Sequence record: NC_061418.1
DNA: 64,000 nt
Reading direction: 5' to 3' (one strand)
Below are positions 26,778 to 34,271 of the stretch, one piece after another. The stretch's first letter is position 1. Every line of letters starts with the position of its first letter. Below the pieces are notes generated by a model that did no database searches, had not been told where the DNA came from, and saw only the letters and a program-made list of their open reading frames with translations. Both the position numbers and the translations under genes were made by a program.

Positions 26778-26947
26778 TACAACGCCTCCGGTGAATGGGT
26801 TGCGTTGAAATTGGCTTTGTTAGTTTGCTCTTCTAAAAACGCTCCGGCGGCCCCTGCTATGAAAGCTACCAGAAGTGTTGGGATGATAGTCAGTTCAAAG
26901 AAGGTGCAGATCAGCAGGGTGAGAATTAATGCGATGAAGTAAGTCAT
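26777..26947 (-). CDS. 56-aa membrane micro-protein
   Basis: Hand-translated MTYFIALILTLLICTFFELTIIPTLLVAFIAGAAGAFLEEQ...; AGGAG RBS; not in the track. Confidence 0.7.
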   Translation of the reverse strand: MTYFIALILTLLICTFFELTIIPTLLVAFIAGAAGAFLEEQTNKANFNATHSPEAL

Positions 26948-26962
26948 GATGATTTCTCCTTC

Positions 26963-27121
26963 TTAGGGTAAATAGGTAACGGTGACTAACAGAGCGAACG
27001 GTGAAACGATATACCAGACGAGCACAGAGACGAATCCGTAAAGGATGGCCATCGGTAACGAGACGCCGAAACAAAGCAACGCAATGAGCGTGACAATTAA
27101 TAAAAGTATACTTTCTTTCAT
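26963..27121 (-). CDS. 52-aa membrane micro-protein, first gene after an early promoter
   Basis: Hand-translated MKESILLLIVTLIALLCFGVSLPMAILYGFVSVLVWYIVSPFALLVTVTYLP; GAGG RBS; not in the track. Confidence 0.7.
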   Translation of the reverse strand: MKESILLLIVTLIALLCFGVSLPMAILYGFVSVLVWYIVSPFALLVTVTYLP

Positions 27122-27185
27122 TTTACTTTACCTCTTATTGGTTTAGTTATTTGGAAAAGACTTTTTCCTTTCCTATTTCACCTTA

Positions 27186-27198
27186 GCAATATATACAT
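27186..27198 (-). promoter_or_regulatory. candidate early promoter (T-tract + ATGTATATATTGC)
   Basis: Near-identical to the 6230-6242 element, including the flanking AAATGCAGTTTTTTTGATG. Confidence 0.65.
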
Positions 27199-27262
27199 CA
27201 AAAAAACTGCATTTCGATTTATTGAAGTTTTTATGAAACATCTACCTCGGGGATTGAATACG

Positions 27263-27802
27263 ATGAAGAAAATTACGCTTTGGGGACATCCTGTTCCGTT
27301 ATTGGGCTTCTTACACTGGTTGAGTTTTTTATTGATCTACTTCGCAGCGTTGATCATTTGCGTCATTATCACACCGTTTTTACCGGCGTTTGCGACGAAA
27401 GACGGGAAACTACCGAAATGGCTGAAATGGTTCGACACACCGGACAATAGTTTAGACGGGGATTCCGGTTGGAAAGAGAAACACTCTCTCTGGGTAAAGG
27501 TACTCCCTGATTGGGCGCAAACTTACGTCGCCCGTGTCTTTTGGCTATACCGCAACCCGTTGTACGGTTTTTCTATTAGCGTGTTAGGTGCACCAAAAGA
27601 CAAATTCCGTCAACCTGTTTTAGAGGGTAAAGGGTTTGATGTTAAAGGCACCTATAAGTCCCATTACTGGATGGTCTACTTCATGCGTGACGATCACGTG
27701 AAGAAGCGCCGGTTTAAGGTTTACATTGGGTGGAAACTGAAAGCAGAAGGATTTGAGAAATACCAGTTTGCATTTCTGATCAACCCGTTCCAAACGCCGT
27801 AA
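27263..27802 (+). CDS. conserved phage hypothetical protein with N-terminal TM segment
   Basis: Likely start ATG 27263 after GGGGA; WLKWFDTPDNSLDGD and WLYRNPLYGF motifs; TATG just upstream. Confidence 0.7.
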   Translation: MKKITLWGHPVPLLGFLHWLSFLLIYFAALIICVIITPFLPAFATKDGKLPKWLKWFDTPDNSLDGDSGWKEKHSLWVKVLPDWAQTYVARVFWLYRNPLYGFSISVLGAPKDKFRQPVLEGKGFDVKGTYKSHYWMVYFMRDDHVKKRRFKVYIGWKLKAEGFEKYQFAFLINPFQTP

Positions 27803-27816
27803 AAGAAACAAAAAAA

Positions 27817-27840
27817 AAGAGAGGGCAAACGCCCTCTCTT
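27817..27840. terminator. bidirectional intrinsic terminator
   Basis: AAGAGAGGGC-AAAC-GCCCTCTCTT with A and T tracts between convergent genes. Confidence 0.85.
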
Positions 27841-27842
27841 TT

Positions 27843-28262
27843 TTATACGTGTTTTAGCGATTCAATTTCGATTATCGCTTCAATCTCGAAAAACATTCGG
27901 ACAAAGAAAGTAGCGATAGACAGAATACCTAATAAGTACTCATGGTGAACGCAGAGCAGAATGAATAGCACCACAGCCACGATTAAACGCAGCATAACGT
28001 TCATCCCGCCAGTGAAAGTCAGATGCTTCTCTATTTTTTGGCGAAGTTTACTTTTGTTCTCTGGCGTCAGCGATATTCTTGAGAGGTCAGGGAAGGAGAA
28101 GAACTGGAAACCCAGCCAGAGTAAGCGTATTGTGATCAACGTGATCACCCAGTAAATTACTGCATCCTCTAATAACGGGATTTTCGCAATAATAAGAATA
28201 GCCAGGGCGAAGCAGGAGAACAAAGAGAGTATTTTGGAAAGTAGGGTCAGCGAGTAAAACAT
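27843..28262 (-). CDS. multi-TM membrane protein
   Basis: Four hydrophobic segments; AAGGA RBS. Confidence 0.75.
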   Translation of the reverse strand: MFYSLTLLSKILSLFSCFALAILIIAKIPLLEDAVIYWVITLITIRLLWLGFQFFSFPDLSRISLTPENKSKLRQKIEKHLTFTGGMNVMLRLIVAVVLFILLCVHHEYLLGILSIATFFVRMFFEIEAIIEIESLKHV

Positions 28263-28295
28263 TTTATATCTTCCTTAACGTTAACGTTTTAGAAC

Positions 28296-28320
28296 GTCTC
28301 CGGTTCTCTGAACCGGAGAC
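28296..28320 (-). terminator. terminator-like hairpin closing the exported-protein operon
   Basis: GTCTCCGGTT-CTCTG-AACCGGAGAC. Confidence 0.7.
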
Positions 28321-28329
28321 AGAGGTAGA

Positions 28330-28824
28330 TTAGTTTTCGCAGGTCAGGACAACTTTGCCCTGGATGTGAGTAGTGCCCAGCGGCATCTCTTGTGCGTCGA
28401 GATTGATTTTCGGCGCGATAGCCAGCGTTTTGTTGTTACCCTGGATCTGCTGATTTTGAGCAGCGGCGGACCACGCGTATTCCTGGTTGTTGATGAATAC
28501 GGAAGTTTGCGAACGATCGCTGATGGTCATGAGGTTATCAGCGAAGGCGAAGCGCCCGGTGTTTTGGGTCAGTTTGGCTTCGGTCAGTTTCCAGCTCTGG
28601 CGAGCGGTGTTACTTTTCAGTACGAAGTTAACCGCCTTTTGATTATCGGTACCTTGCTCGCCTTTCAGAAGGATCCCGCCGGTCTGCTGACCATTGGCAA
28701 AATCGATCCCACATGACATTTGAGTTTGGGTGTATTCTGCATCCCATACCATTTCCTGCGCAGCGAACGCAGTAGAAGACAGAGACAGTACCAGAGCAGC
28801 CACAGCGAATTTTACGTTTTTCAT
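28330..28824 (-). CDS. exported beta-sandwich-like protein (pilin/fimbrial-subunit-like architecture)
   Basis: Signal peptide ending AFA; Cys near the N-terminus (MSCGI) and the C-terminus (VVLTCEN). Confidence 0.55.
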   Translation of the reverse strand: MKNVKFAVAALVLSLSSTAFAAQEMVWDAEYTQTQMSCGIDFANGQQTGGILLKGEQGTDNQKAVNFVLKSNTARQSWKLTEAKLTQNTGRFAFADNLMTISDRSQTSVFINNQEYAWSAAAQNQQIQGNNKTLAIAPKINLDAQEMPLGTTHIQGKVVLTCEN

Positions 28825-28867
28825 TTGTTTTCCAAAAGAGAGATTGAGTTAAGGTTTTTACTACAAT

Positions 28868-29272
28868 TTACGGATCGACACGCATCGCACGTTGAGAATC
28901 CATTTGCTGATTCTGTTCCATGCGTTCCATTTCCATCTCTAAACGACGGATCTGTAATTCTTTTTGGCGACGACTAAGGTCGGCTAACCGTTCGCAACTT
29001 TCGGCCATCTTATCGTCACCGCCTAAGGGTATACTTATACTAACATACCCACCTTTATCGTTATCTGCATAACGATACTGACTACCATTATTTCCGTACG
29101 CCCCGACGTTAATCGTTGCTTGCGGACGGCTGACCTCACAACTGATATCACCGTTCTGTACGCGGCCACGGTTTTCAGCTGTGTTGTTCATGATGTAAGG
29201 GGCATCGGCAAAAGCCATTGTTGAACAAGTCAGTGTAATTGTAAAAAGTAAGACTTTATTCAACATGGACAT
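28868..29272 (-). CDS. exported protein with C-terminal coiled coil
   Basis: Signal peptide ending AFA; two Cys; GGYVSISIPLGG; RRQKELQIRRLEMEMERMEQ. Confidence 0.7.
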   Translation of the reverse strand: MSMLNKVLLFTITLTCSTMAFADAPYIMNNTAENRGRVQNGDISCEVSRPQATINVGAYGNNGSQYRYADNDKGGYVSISIPLGGDDKMAESCERLADLSRRQKELQIRRLEMEMERMEQNQQMDSQRAMRVDP

Positions 29273-29627
29273 TGAAGCACACCTCAGGTTGGAACTGCGC
29301 GTTGGGTATTACCTGCATCGCGCAGATAGGGACGTATTTCTGTCCGTTATCGTGCTGCTGGATAAATTTGTTATTGATGGTCATCGGAAAGGTCGCTCTT
29401 TCACCACCGAAAACATATTTTTTGTAAGGAATCCCTTTCTTATCTGCAATGACCTTATTCCCGACACGAAACACAAAATCCCCGGATTCTTTCGTGTCGA
29501 TGTACATCTCAATTTGAGAATAACCGTCCATGCCAATAGAGTTAGTTTGGTTAACTGGACCGAAGTAGTGAGCAGAGGCATTCGCCGCAAAGAAGACAAT
29601 CCCTATTAAAGCAAAGCGTAGTTTCAT
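29256..29627 (-). CDS. exported protein
   Basis: Signal peptide ending ASA; C-terminal Cys pair (ICAMQ...PEVC). Confidence 0.7.
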   Translation of the reverse strand: MKLRFALIGIVFFAANASAHYFGPVNQTNSIGMDGYSQIEMYIDTKESGDFVFRVGNKVIADKKGIPYKKYVFGGERATFPMTINNKFIQQHDNGQKYVPICAMQVIPNAQFQPEVCFNVHVE

Positions 29628-29638
29628 TTTAGTTTCTC

Positions 29639-30049
29639 TTATTTCCGGCGACGTTGATGGTTGTTGTTGAATTTGTTGGCGAGATTATTAAATGATTCCT
29701 TTGAAATTTTATTTTCTTTCAAAGAGCTGATCTCGACGACATTGCGTTTATCGTTGCAAGGCCATAAAGACTCAATCAATTCTGCGGTGTCGTCTTTTTC
29801 AAGACCACGATAAATCTCTTCTAGTATATAGTAGTCGCAGAAGGCCGCTGCATCTAAAATGAGATTTGACATTTTAGCCCCTTTGAAAGGATACAGCTGA
29901 CTAGCAACTAATTCGCCGTCTAAAATGTAAAGCGCCACCGAAATTTTTGGTGTGGTATAAATAGCTTTGACTTTAATCTCTTTAACGGTATAAGAACTTT
30001 TATTAATAGCTTTTTGTACGTTTTCGATAGTTTTCGCAGTCAGTAACAT
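29639..30049 (-). CDS. hypothetical protein, first gene after an early promoter
   Basis: GGAG RBS before ATG 30049; AT-rich. Confidence 0.7.
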   Translation of the reverse strand: MLLTAKTIENVQKAINKSSYTVKEIKVKAIYTTPKISVALYILDGELVASQLYPFKGAKMSNLILDAAAFCDYYILEEIYRGLEKDDTAELIESLWPCNDKRNVVEISSLKENKISKESFNNLANKFNNNHQRRRK

Positions 30050-30113
30050 TAATAGCACTCCAATAGGTTTAGTTATTTTATTTACGGAAAGGTTTTATCT
30101 TTCCTAAATCACT

Positions 30114-30128
30114 GTAGCTATATAGATG
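30114..30128 (-). promoter_or_regulatory. candidate early promoter variant (CATCTATATAGC)
   Basis: Same position and leader architecture as the 6230, 27186 and 49005 elements. Confidence 0.55.
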
Positions 30129-30135
30129 TTAAAAA

Positions 30136-30161
30136 AATTGGAGATGGGTTCATCTCCAATT
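30136..30161 (-). terminator. intrinsic terminator
   Basis: AATTGGAGATG-GGTT-CATCTCCAATT with a minus-strand T tract. Confidence 0.8.
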
Positions 30162-30166
30162 GTCTG

Positions 30167-30529
30167 TTATTTCGAATAGCTGTTACGGACGGTAGTCAGG
30201 TATTGTCCGCCATTAGGAAAGTTCCCTTTCCCATCGACGTAATCAAATGTGATTTCATGACTAGGAATAGTCGAAAGAAACCCGCGTTGGTTCGCCACGA
30301 TCAGTTGTTTGATGACGTTTTGAATTCGTTTCGTCAACACCGTCAATCGAGCATTACCAGGACAAACGTTAGTGTAAATTTCGTTATAACGTTTCCCAAT
30401 CAGTGACAACCTGGCAGGTGCCCGGAAAAGTACGCGTACCCCTTCTTTTTCGTAAATTTCTTTCTCGAGCTCCCACAGACCAAAAGTCTCCATGGTATCC
30501 GGTTGTACAGGAACATCTTGCTTAGTCAT
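30167..30529 (-). CDS. hypothetical protein
   Basis: 120 aa; GAGGA RBS. Confidence 0.75.
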   Translation of the reverse strand: MTKQDVPVQPDTMETFGLWELEKEIYEKEGVRVLFRAPARLSLIGKRYNEIYTNVCPGNARLTVLTKRIQNVIKQLIVANQRGFLSTIPSHEITFDYVDGKGNFPNGGQYLTTVRNSYSK

Positions 30530-30544
30530 TTTCTTTCCTCTGAA

Positions 30545-30571
30545 AGTAGGCGGGGATTAGCCCCGCCTACT
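30545..30571 (-). terminator. terminator-like hairpin
   Basis: AGTAGGCGGGG-ATTAG-CCCCGCCTACT. Confidence 0.7.
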
Positions 30572-30574
30572 GTG

Positions 30575-30838
30575 TTAGTCTTTTTCTGACAGACCTAATG
30601 TAATATCTGCCTTTTCTCGCGCTACAATTTCGCTATGGGTAAGCCCGTGCCCTTTACGTTGATGACCGCACATCCAGCAACTACAGTTACAAGGTGTGGT
30701 CGCTACACGACCGATAATACCTTTATCAGTTTGAGGTTTCAACCCGTTAAAATAGACATTGGTGTTCCAATAGTGAGAAATTTTCTTTTTCTTCATAGCA
30801 CGTTTGAAACGGCGAAAAGCGCGGTCACGAATAGCCAT
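30575..30838 (-). CDS. small basic protein with CxCxCxxC motif (possible Zn/RNA-binding)
   Basis: Start ATG 30838 after AGAGGA; Arg/Lys-rich N-terminus; TPCNCSCWMCGHQRK. Confidence 0.7.
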   Translation of the reverse strand: MAIRDRAFRRFKRAMKKKKISHYWNTNVYFNGLKPQTDKGIIGRVATTPCNCSCWMCGHQRKGHGLTHSEIVAREKADITLGLSEKD

Positions 30839-30922
30839 CGTTTTAAATCCTCTGAGTTCACCCGTAGAGAACATCTCTACGGGCAGATTGGGATCTCAGA
30901 GTGGCGGTGGTACCGCAAAGTG

Positions 30923-31366
30923 TTAGGGCGCATAGGCTATCTCAATTCCTTGTAGAATATCGCAAAGTTTCTTACCGGGTAACTCCCCTAATTTGCCGAT
31001 AAAATCTTGAAGGTTTTTTACAGCTAACTTGAGATCCCGTGACGGACCTGCCCAGTAATTAACCGAAAGACCTAAATAAAGGTTTTTGGACGAAATCTCA
31101 AATCCTCCGTCTTTCTTACTCGGGAGAATATTAAAGACCGGGACAAACGGAGCAGCGTTGACCGCATACGGTTCATCGACTAAACCGTCTTTGATTGGGA
31201 AGAGGTCAGTGAACCTGATAACAACGGAGCAGTCCGTCGCTTTCACAAACAGACCGTAGTTGATTTGGAATTTATCAGGCGGCGACACCTTGAGAAATTC
31301 CCCGAAGTCAGCCTTGTTACGCTTAGTCCAAATCCCTTTACGTCCTTTGAATGTAGTGATCATCAT
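30923..31366 (-). CDS. hypothetical protein
   Basis: 147 aa; GAGGA RBS. Confidence 0.75.
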   Translation of the reverse strand: MMITTFKGRKGIWTKRNKADFGEFLKVSPPDKFQINYGLFVKATDCSVVIRFTDLFPIKDGLVDEPYAVNAAPFVPVFNILPSKKDGGFEISSKNLYLGLSVNYWAGPSRDLKLAVKNLQDFIGKLGELPGKKLCDILQGIEIAYAP

Positions 31367-31699
31367 TTATTCCTCAGGCCATTGAATCATAATGGCGTTA
31401 CCAGTCCGCCGAGAGTATAACTCAGCTTCTTTGGACTTAATGCAACGTTGGACGTACCCGACAGAATAATCGCCGTAGTGCGCGATCTCTTCGTCGCGTA
31501 TCCCGCGTAAATGCGCTTCGTAAATACCCGTCTGACGAAGATCCATTTGGATAAGTTCACGAAGATGATATTCTTCCTCACGAAGCGCGTTTAGTGCTTT
31601 CTCTACTGAACTTTGAGCGATGATATTTGCTTTAAGTTCAAAAAGACGCTGTCTTTGATGGGTAGAAATTGCCTCAGAATCATTTAAAAAGCAGTCCAC
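31367..31699 (-). CDS. hypothetical protein
   Basis: 110 aa; GGAGG RBS. Confidence 0.7.
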   Translation of the reverse strand: MDCFLNDSEAISTHQRQRLFELKANIIAQSSVEKALNALREEEYHLRELIQMDLRQTGIYEAHLRGIRDEEIAHYGDYSVGYVQRCIKSKEAELYSRRTGNAIMIQWPEE

Positions 31700-31910
31700 G
31701 ACAGACCTCCGCTTCTTCAGTGTTCGCGGTCAAATGAAAACCGTTAAGTGTGGTCAGATCACAACCCACCACTAACCCTAAACGGATTATGTCGAAAAGG
31801 GTATCGAAAACGGGCTCGTCGAGATCCGATACCTCAACATCCTCGACCTGCTCTAACTCCGTTTTAATTTTGGCGTTAGCGTACCGTAATAGATTACCTT
31901 CGTACATCAT
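31680..31910 (-). CDS. hypothetical protein
   Basis: 76 aa, abuts the upstream stop; GGAGG RBS. Confidence 0.7.
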   Translation of the reverse strand: MMYEGNLLRYANAKIKTELEQVEDVEVSDLDEPVFDTLFDIIRLGLVVGCDLTTLNGFHLTANTEEAEVCRGLLFK

Positions 31911-32321
31911 TTACCTCCAGCAAACATCGAACGTTATAATGTCAAAACGGTAACTGCCGTCTTGATTTCGCTTACGAAGAATTCGCGGAACAAACTCGAA
32001 AGGAAGTGTTTCCTTCATCAGCGCGCCCGCTACTTTCTCAGAACGAATAGGGTTGTAGTTTGCGATACTCGTAACGAGATTCCCTTCGCTGTCCCACTTG
32101 TAGTTCTTCGTCACAAAGTGACATTGGTCACGGTTAACCGTTACGTAACGTTGGAAGTCCTCTTTGGACATCGGACCCTTTGGTCTCTCCAATACCCCTA
32201 ATTCCAAAAACGAGTGTTTACGTTCAAAGAATTTCCTGACCGCATCCGGGGAGTACTTATCAACATCGGTCTTTTTCAGAATGATTATTTCCCGAATGAA
32301 TCTGCTTAAATCAGTGTTCAT
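31911..32321 (-). CDS. hypothetical protein, possible degenerate prohead-protease-fold paralog
   Basis: FLELGVLERP...F.RYVTV...CHFV...FVPRI...IITFDV pattern. Confidence 0.5.
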   Translation of the reverse strand: MNTDLSRFIREIIILKKTDVDKYSPDAVRKFFERKHSFLELGVLERPKGPMSKEDFQRYVTVNRDQCHFVTKNYKWDSEGNLVTSIANYNPIRSEKVAGALMKETLPFEFVPRILRKRNQDGSYRFDIITFDVCWR

Positions 32322-32817
32322 TATCGGCCCCTTTCAGATACCCCGTTAAACGATCAACGTGCGGTTGTACCCATTCTATCGAATCGAACTCGTCAATGTG
32401 TTCGGTCACATAACGGATTTTCTCCGGGATAGGCTGTTTAAAGTGTTCGAGGAAAAGTTTAGCAAAACTGCAACCCAGAGCATCGATCTCCAGATAGCCG
32501 TCAATGAGTTCTTCAACGGTTACTTCATTCGCCCGATCTGCGCTATATTGAGAAAGGAGTTTCTCCAGATCAATACCGTGGGGATTAGCCGTGTCGATAA
32601 TAACGTCGGAGAGACTTACAAAAGCATGGTTCCCGCAATCGTAAAAGATCACCTCATGTCCCCACTGCTTCGCTACCAAGCCAATACATACTGCCGCCGT
32701 TCCGCAATCCCCGGAGTTAATCCGTTTAATCGCATCCTCTTTCGATTCACGGGAAAAATAGACCCGGTAAAAATCAACAAACTTATCAACAAGATTCAGG
32801 ATTGATTCGGTAGGCAT
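32311..32817 (-). CDS. hypothetical protein, possible papain/transglutaminase-like Cys-His-Asp fold
   Basis: INSGDCGTAA...GNHAFVSLSDVIIDTANPHG; start ATG 32817 after AAGGAG. Confidence 0.55.
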   Translation of the reverse strand: MPTESILNLVDKFVDFYRVYFSRESKEDAIKRINSGDCGTAAVCIGLVAKQWGHEVIFYDCGNHAFVSLSDVIIDTANPHGIDLEKLLSQYSADRANEVTVEELIDGYLEIDALGCSFAKLFLEHFKQPIPEKIRYVTEHIDEFDSIEWVQPHVDRLTGYLKGADNEH

Positions 32818-33553
32818 TTTCAAACTCCTTGCGGTTGTTATCATCTAAGAAAAATTCCATGGCATCACGGTACCGGTGCCAGCATTGCGTATCACGGAAA
32901 TGATAGATTTTATCAAGCTCAGTAATACGGTCAGTGACAAGTTTGTGAAGATGCGCGTAGTAACGCCCTTTCGGAAGAAACTGCGTAAAGAGATCTTTTT
33001 CCGTGAGCCAAATTTTAAGGAAGGTGACTTCTATCCCTTCAACGTCTTTTAGGTTGTCGAGGATATCTGCCAATTTCACCGCCCACGCGTCAGGGTTAGC
33101 GGAGTTAAGGAGTTTCGTCGCCTCTAACATCGTTCGGTCTTTCCGGTTCGCTTGTATGGTTTTAGTCGTATAGCGATCCGTAACCCAATCAACGAGTTTC
33201 AGTGTCTCGTCAACCAGTTGAGTGTAATTACCGTCTATGCTATCAAACGTAAACAGCATAAAACGGAGATCCTCTAAAGAGATCTCGGTATCCTCAACCA
33301 CGTCATGAAGTAGACCTGCACAGACTACGGTGATAGGGTAGTCATTTTCCTTAAGTGTTTCACTGACGGAAAACGGATGAATGTAATAAGGTTTGTTAGA
33401 CCCTTTTCTTTTTTGTCCGGTGGCAGAATGCGTTGACATCGCCACCAAATTACAAACAGAATATAATTTTCGTTCCGCTTCAGTTTTCAATCCAAAAGCC
33501 CTCTGAGTAGATTTCAATAAGGTGATATAGTCTTCAAATAAATTCCACAGCAC
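32786..33553 (-). CDS. HD-domain hydrolase, Mesh1/SpoT small alarmone hydrolase-like
   Basis: H.GQKRK..PYYIHP, AGLLHDVVEDT and VKLADILDNL motifs. Confidence 0.85.
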   Translation of the reverse strand: MLWNLFEDYITLLKSTQRAFGLKTEAERKLYSVCNLVAMSTHSATGQKRKGSNKPYYIHPFSVSETLKENDYPITVVCAGLLHDVVEDTEISLEDLRFMLFTFDSIDGNYTQLVDETLKLVDWVTDRYTTKTIQANRKDRTMLEATKLLNSANPDAWAVKLADILDNLKDVEGIEVTFLKIWLTEKDLFTQFLPKGRYYAHLHKLVTDRITELDKIYHFRDTQCWHRYRDAMEFFLDDNNRKEFENAYRINPESC

Positions 33554-33564
33554 GTAAAATAGAA

Positions 33565-33592
33565 AGAGAGGAGGGCAGCTGCCCTCCTCTCT
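33565..33592 (-). terminator. intrinsic terminator
   Basis: AGAGAGGAGGGC-AGCT-GCCCTCCTCTCT. Confidence 0.75.
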
Positions 33593-33598
33593 CTGTGC

Positions 33599-34222
33599 TT
33601 AATAAATCCGAATTTCGTACTGACCTTGCTGAACGAAGGTCATTCCCAACCCCATATTTGAAGGCCAATTAATCAGGATTTTCCCGACCATAGCTTCCTT
33701 CTCAACGATGGCTGAAGACATCTCAATCGCTTCGCTCGCTATCCCTTTGTTTACCACGTACTCACCGAAGATATTAGGGTAAGTCAAGTTCGTCGCAATA
33801 ATACGGTGATAACCCGTGGTCCCGATTAAACGAGTCGGAATAGTGATCGACTCGTTTGCCATAGCGGTGTAGCGGAACACTACCCCGGTCGCGGAACTGG
33901 CTATCGGAATTTCAATCGCCTTACCGGATTCGGTAAGTAACTGGGCTAATGTATTACCGTCGAATTTGAAGATATTCGCCGAGGAGCGAGTGAAGTCCGA
34001 CCAGATTAGTGCATAATCGCCAGCTTTGAGATCAGCTAACGCTTTAGCGCTGTCGTCGTAAACTGTCGGGTTAGCCATAATCATTCGTAGGATGGCGACG
34101 GAGACAGCTTGGGTACTTTCTGCTCCGTCCACTAACGAAGTAGAGAAAGGAATAATATCTTTCTCAGCGATGGTATTGACTCGATTGAGTTCTGAGATCT
34201 TAACGGAAATATCGTCTGCCAT
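33599..34222 (-). CDS. probable virion/tail-associated protein
   Basis: N-terminal VKISELN matches NKISELN of the tailspike at 42367. Confidence 0.5.
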   Translation of the reverse strand: MADDISVKISELNRVNTIAEKDIIPFSTSLVDGAESTQAVSVAILRMIMANPTVYDDSAKALADLKAGDYALIWSDFTRSSANIFKFDGNTLAQLLTESGKAIEIPIASSATGVVFRYTAMANESITIPTRLIGTTGYHRIIATNLTYPNIFGEYVVNKGIASEAIEMSSAIVEKEAMVGKILINWPSNMGLGMTFVQQGQYEIRIY

Positions 34223-34271
34223 GTTGACACCTTTTAAACGCGATTGTTAACATAGCAAACCATCCGGAGAA

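Noticed and set aside
30850-30916. tRNA-like element
   Set aside because: Has nested stems but no D/T-loop consensus or CCA; treated instead as a possible regulatory leader
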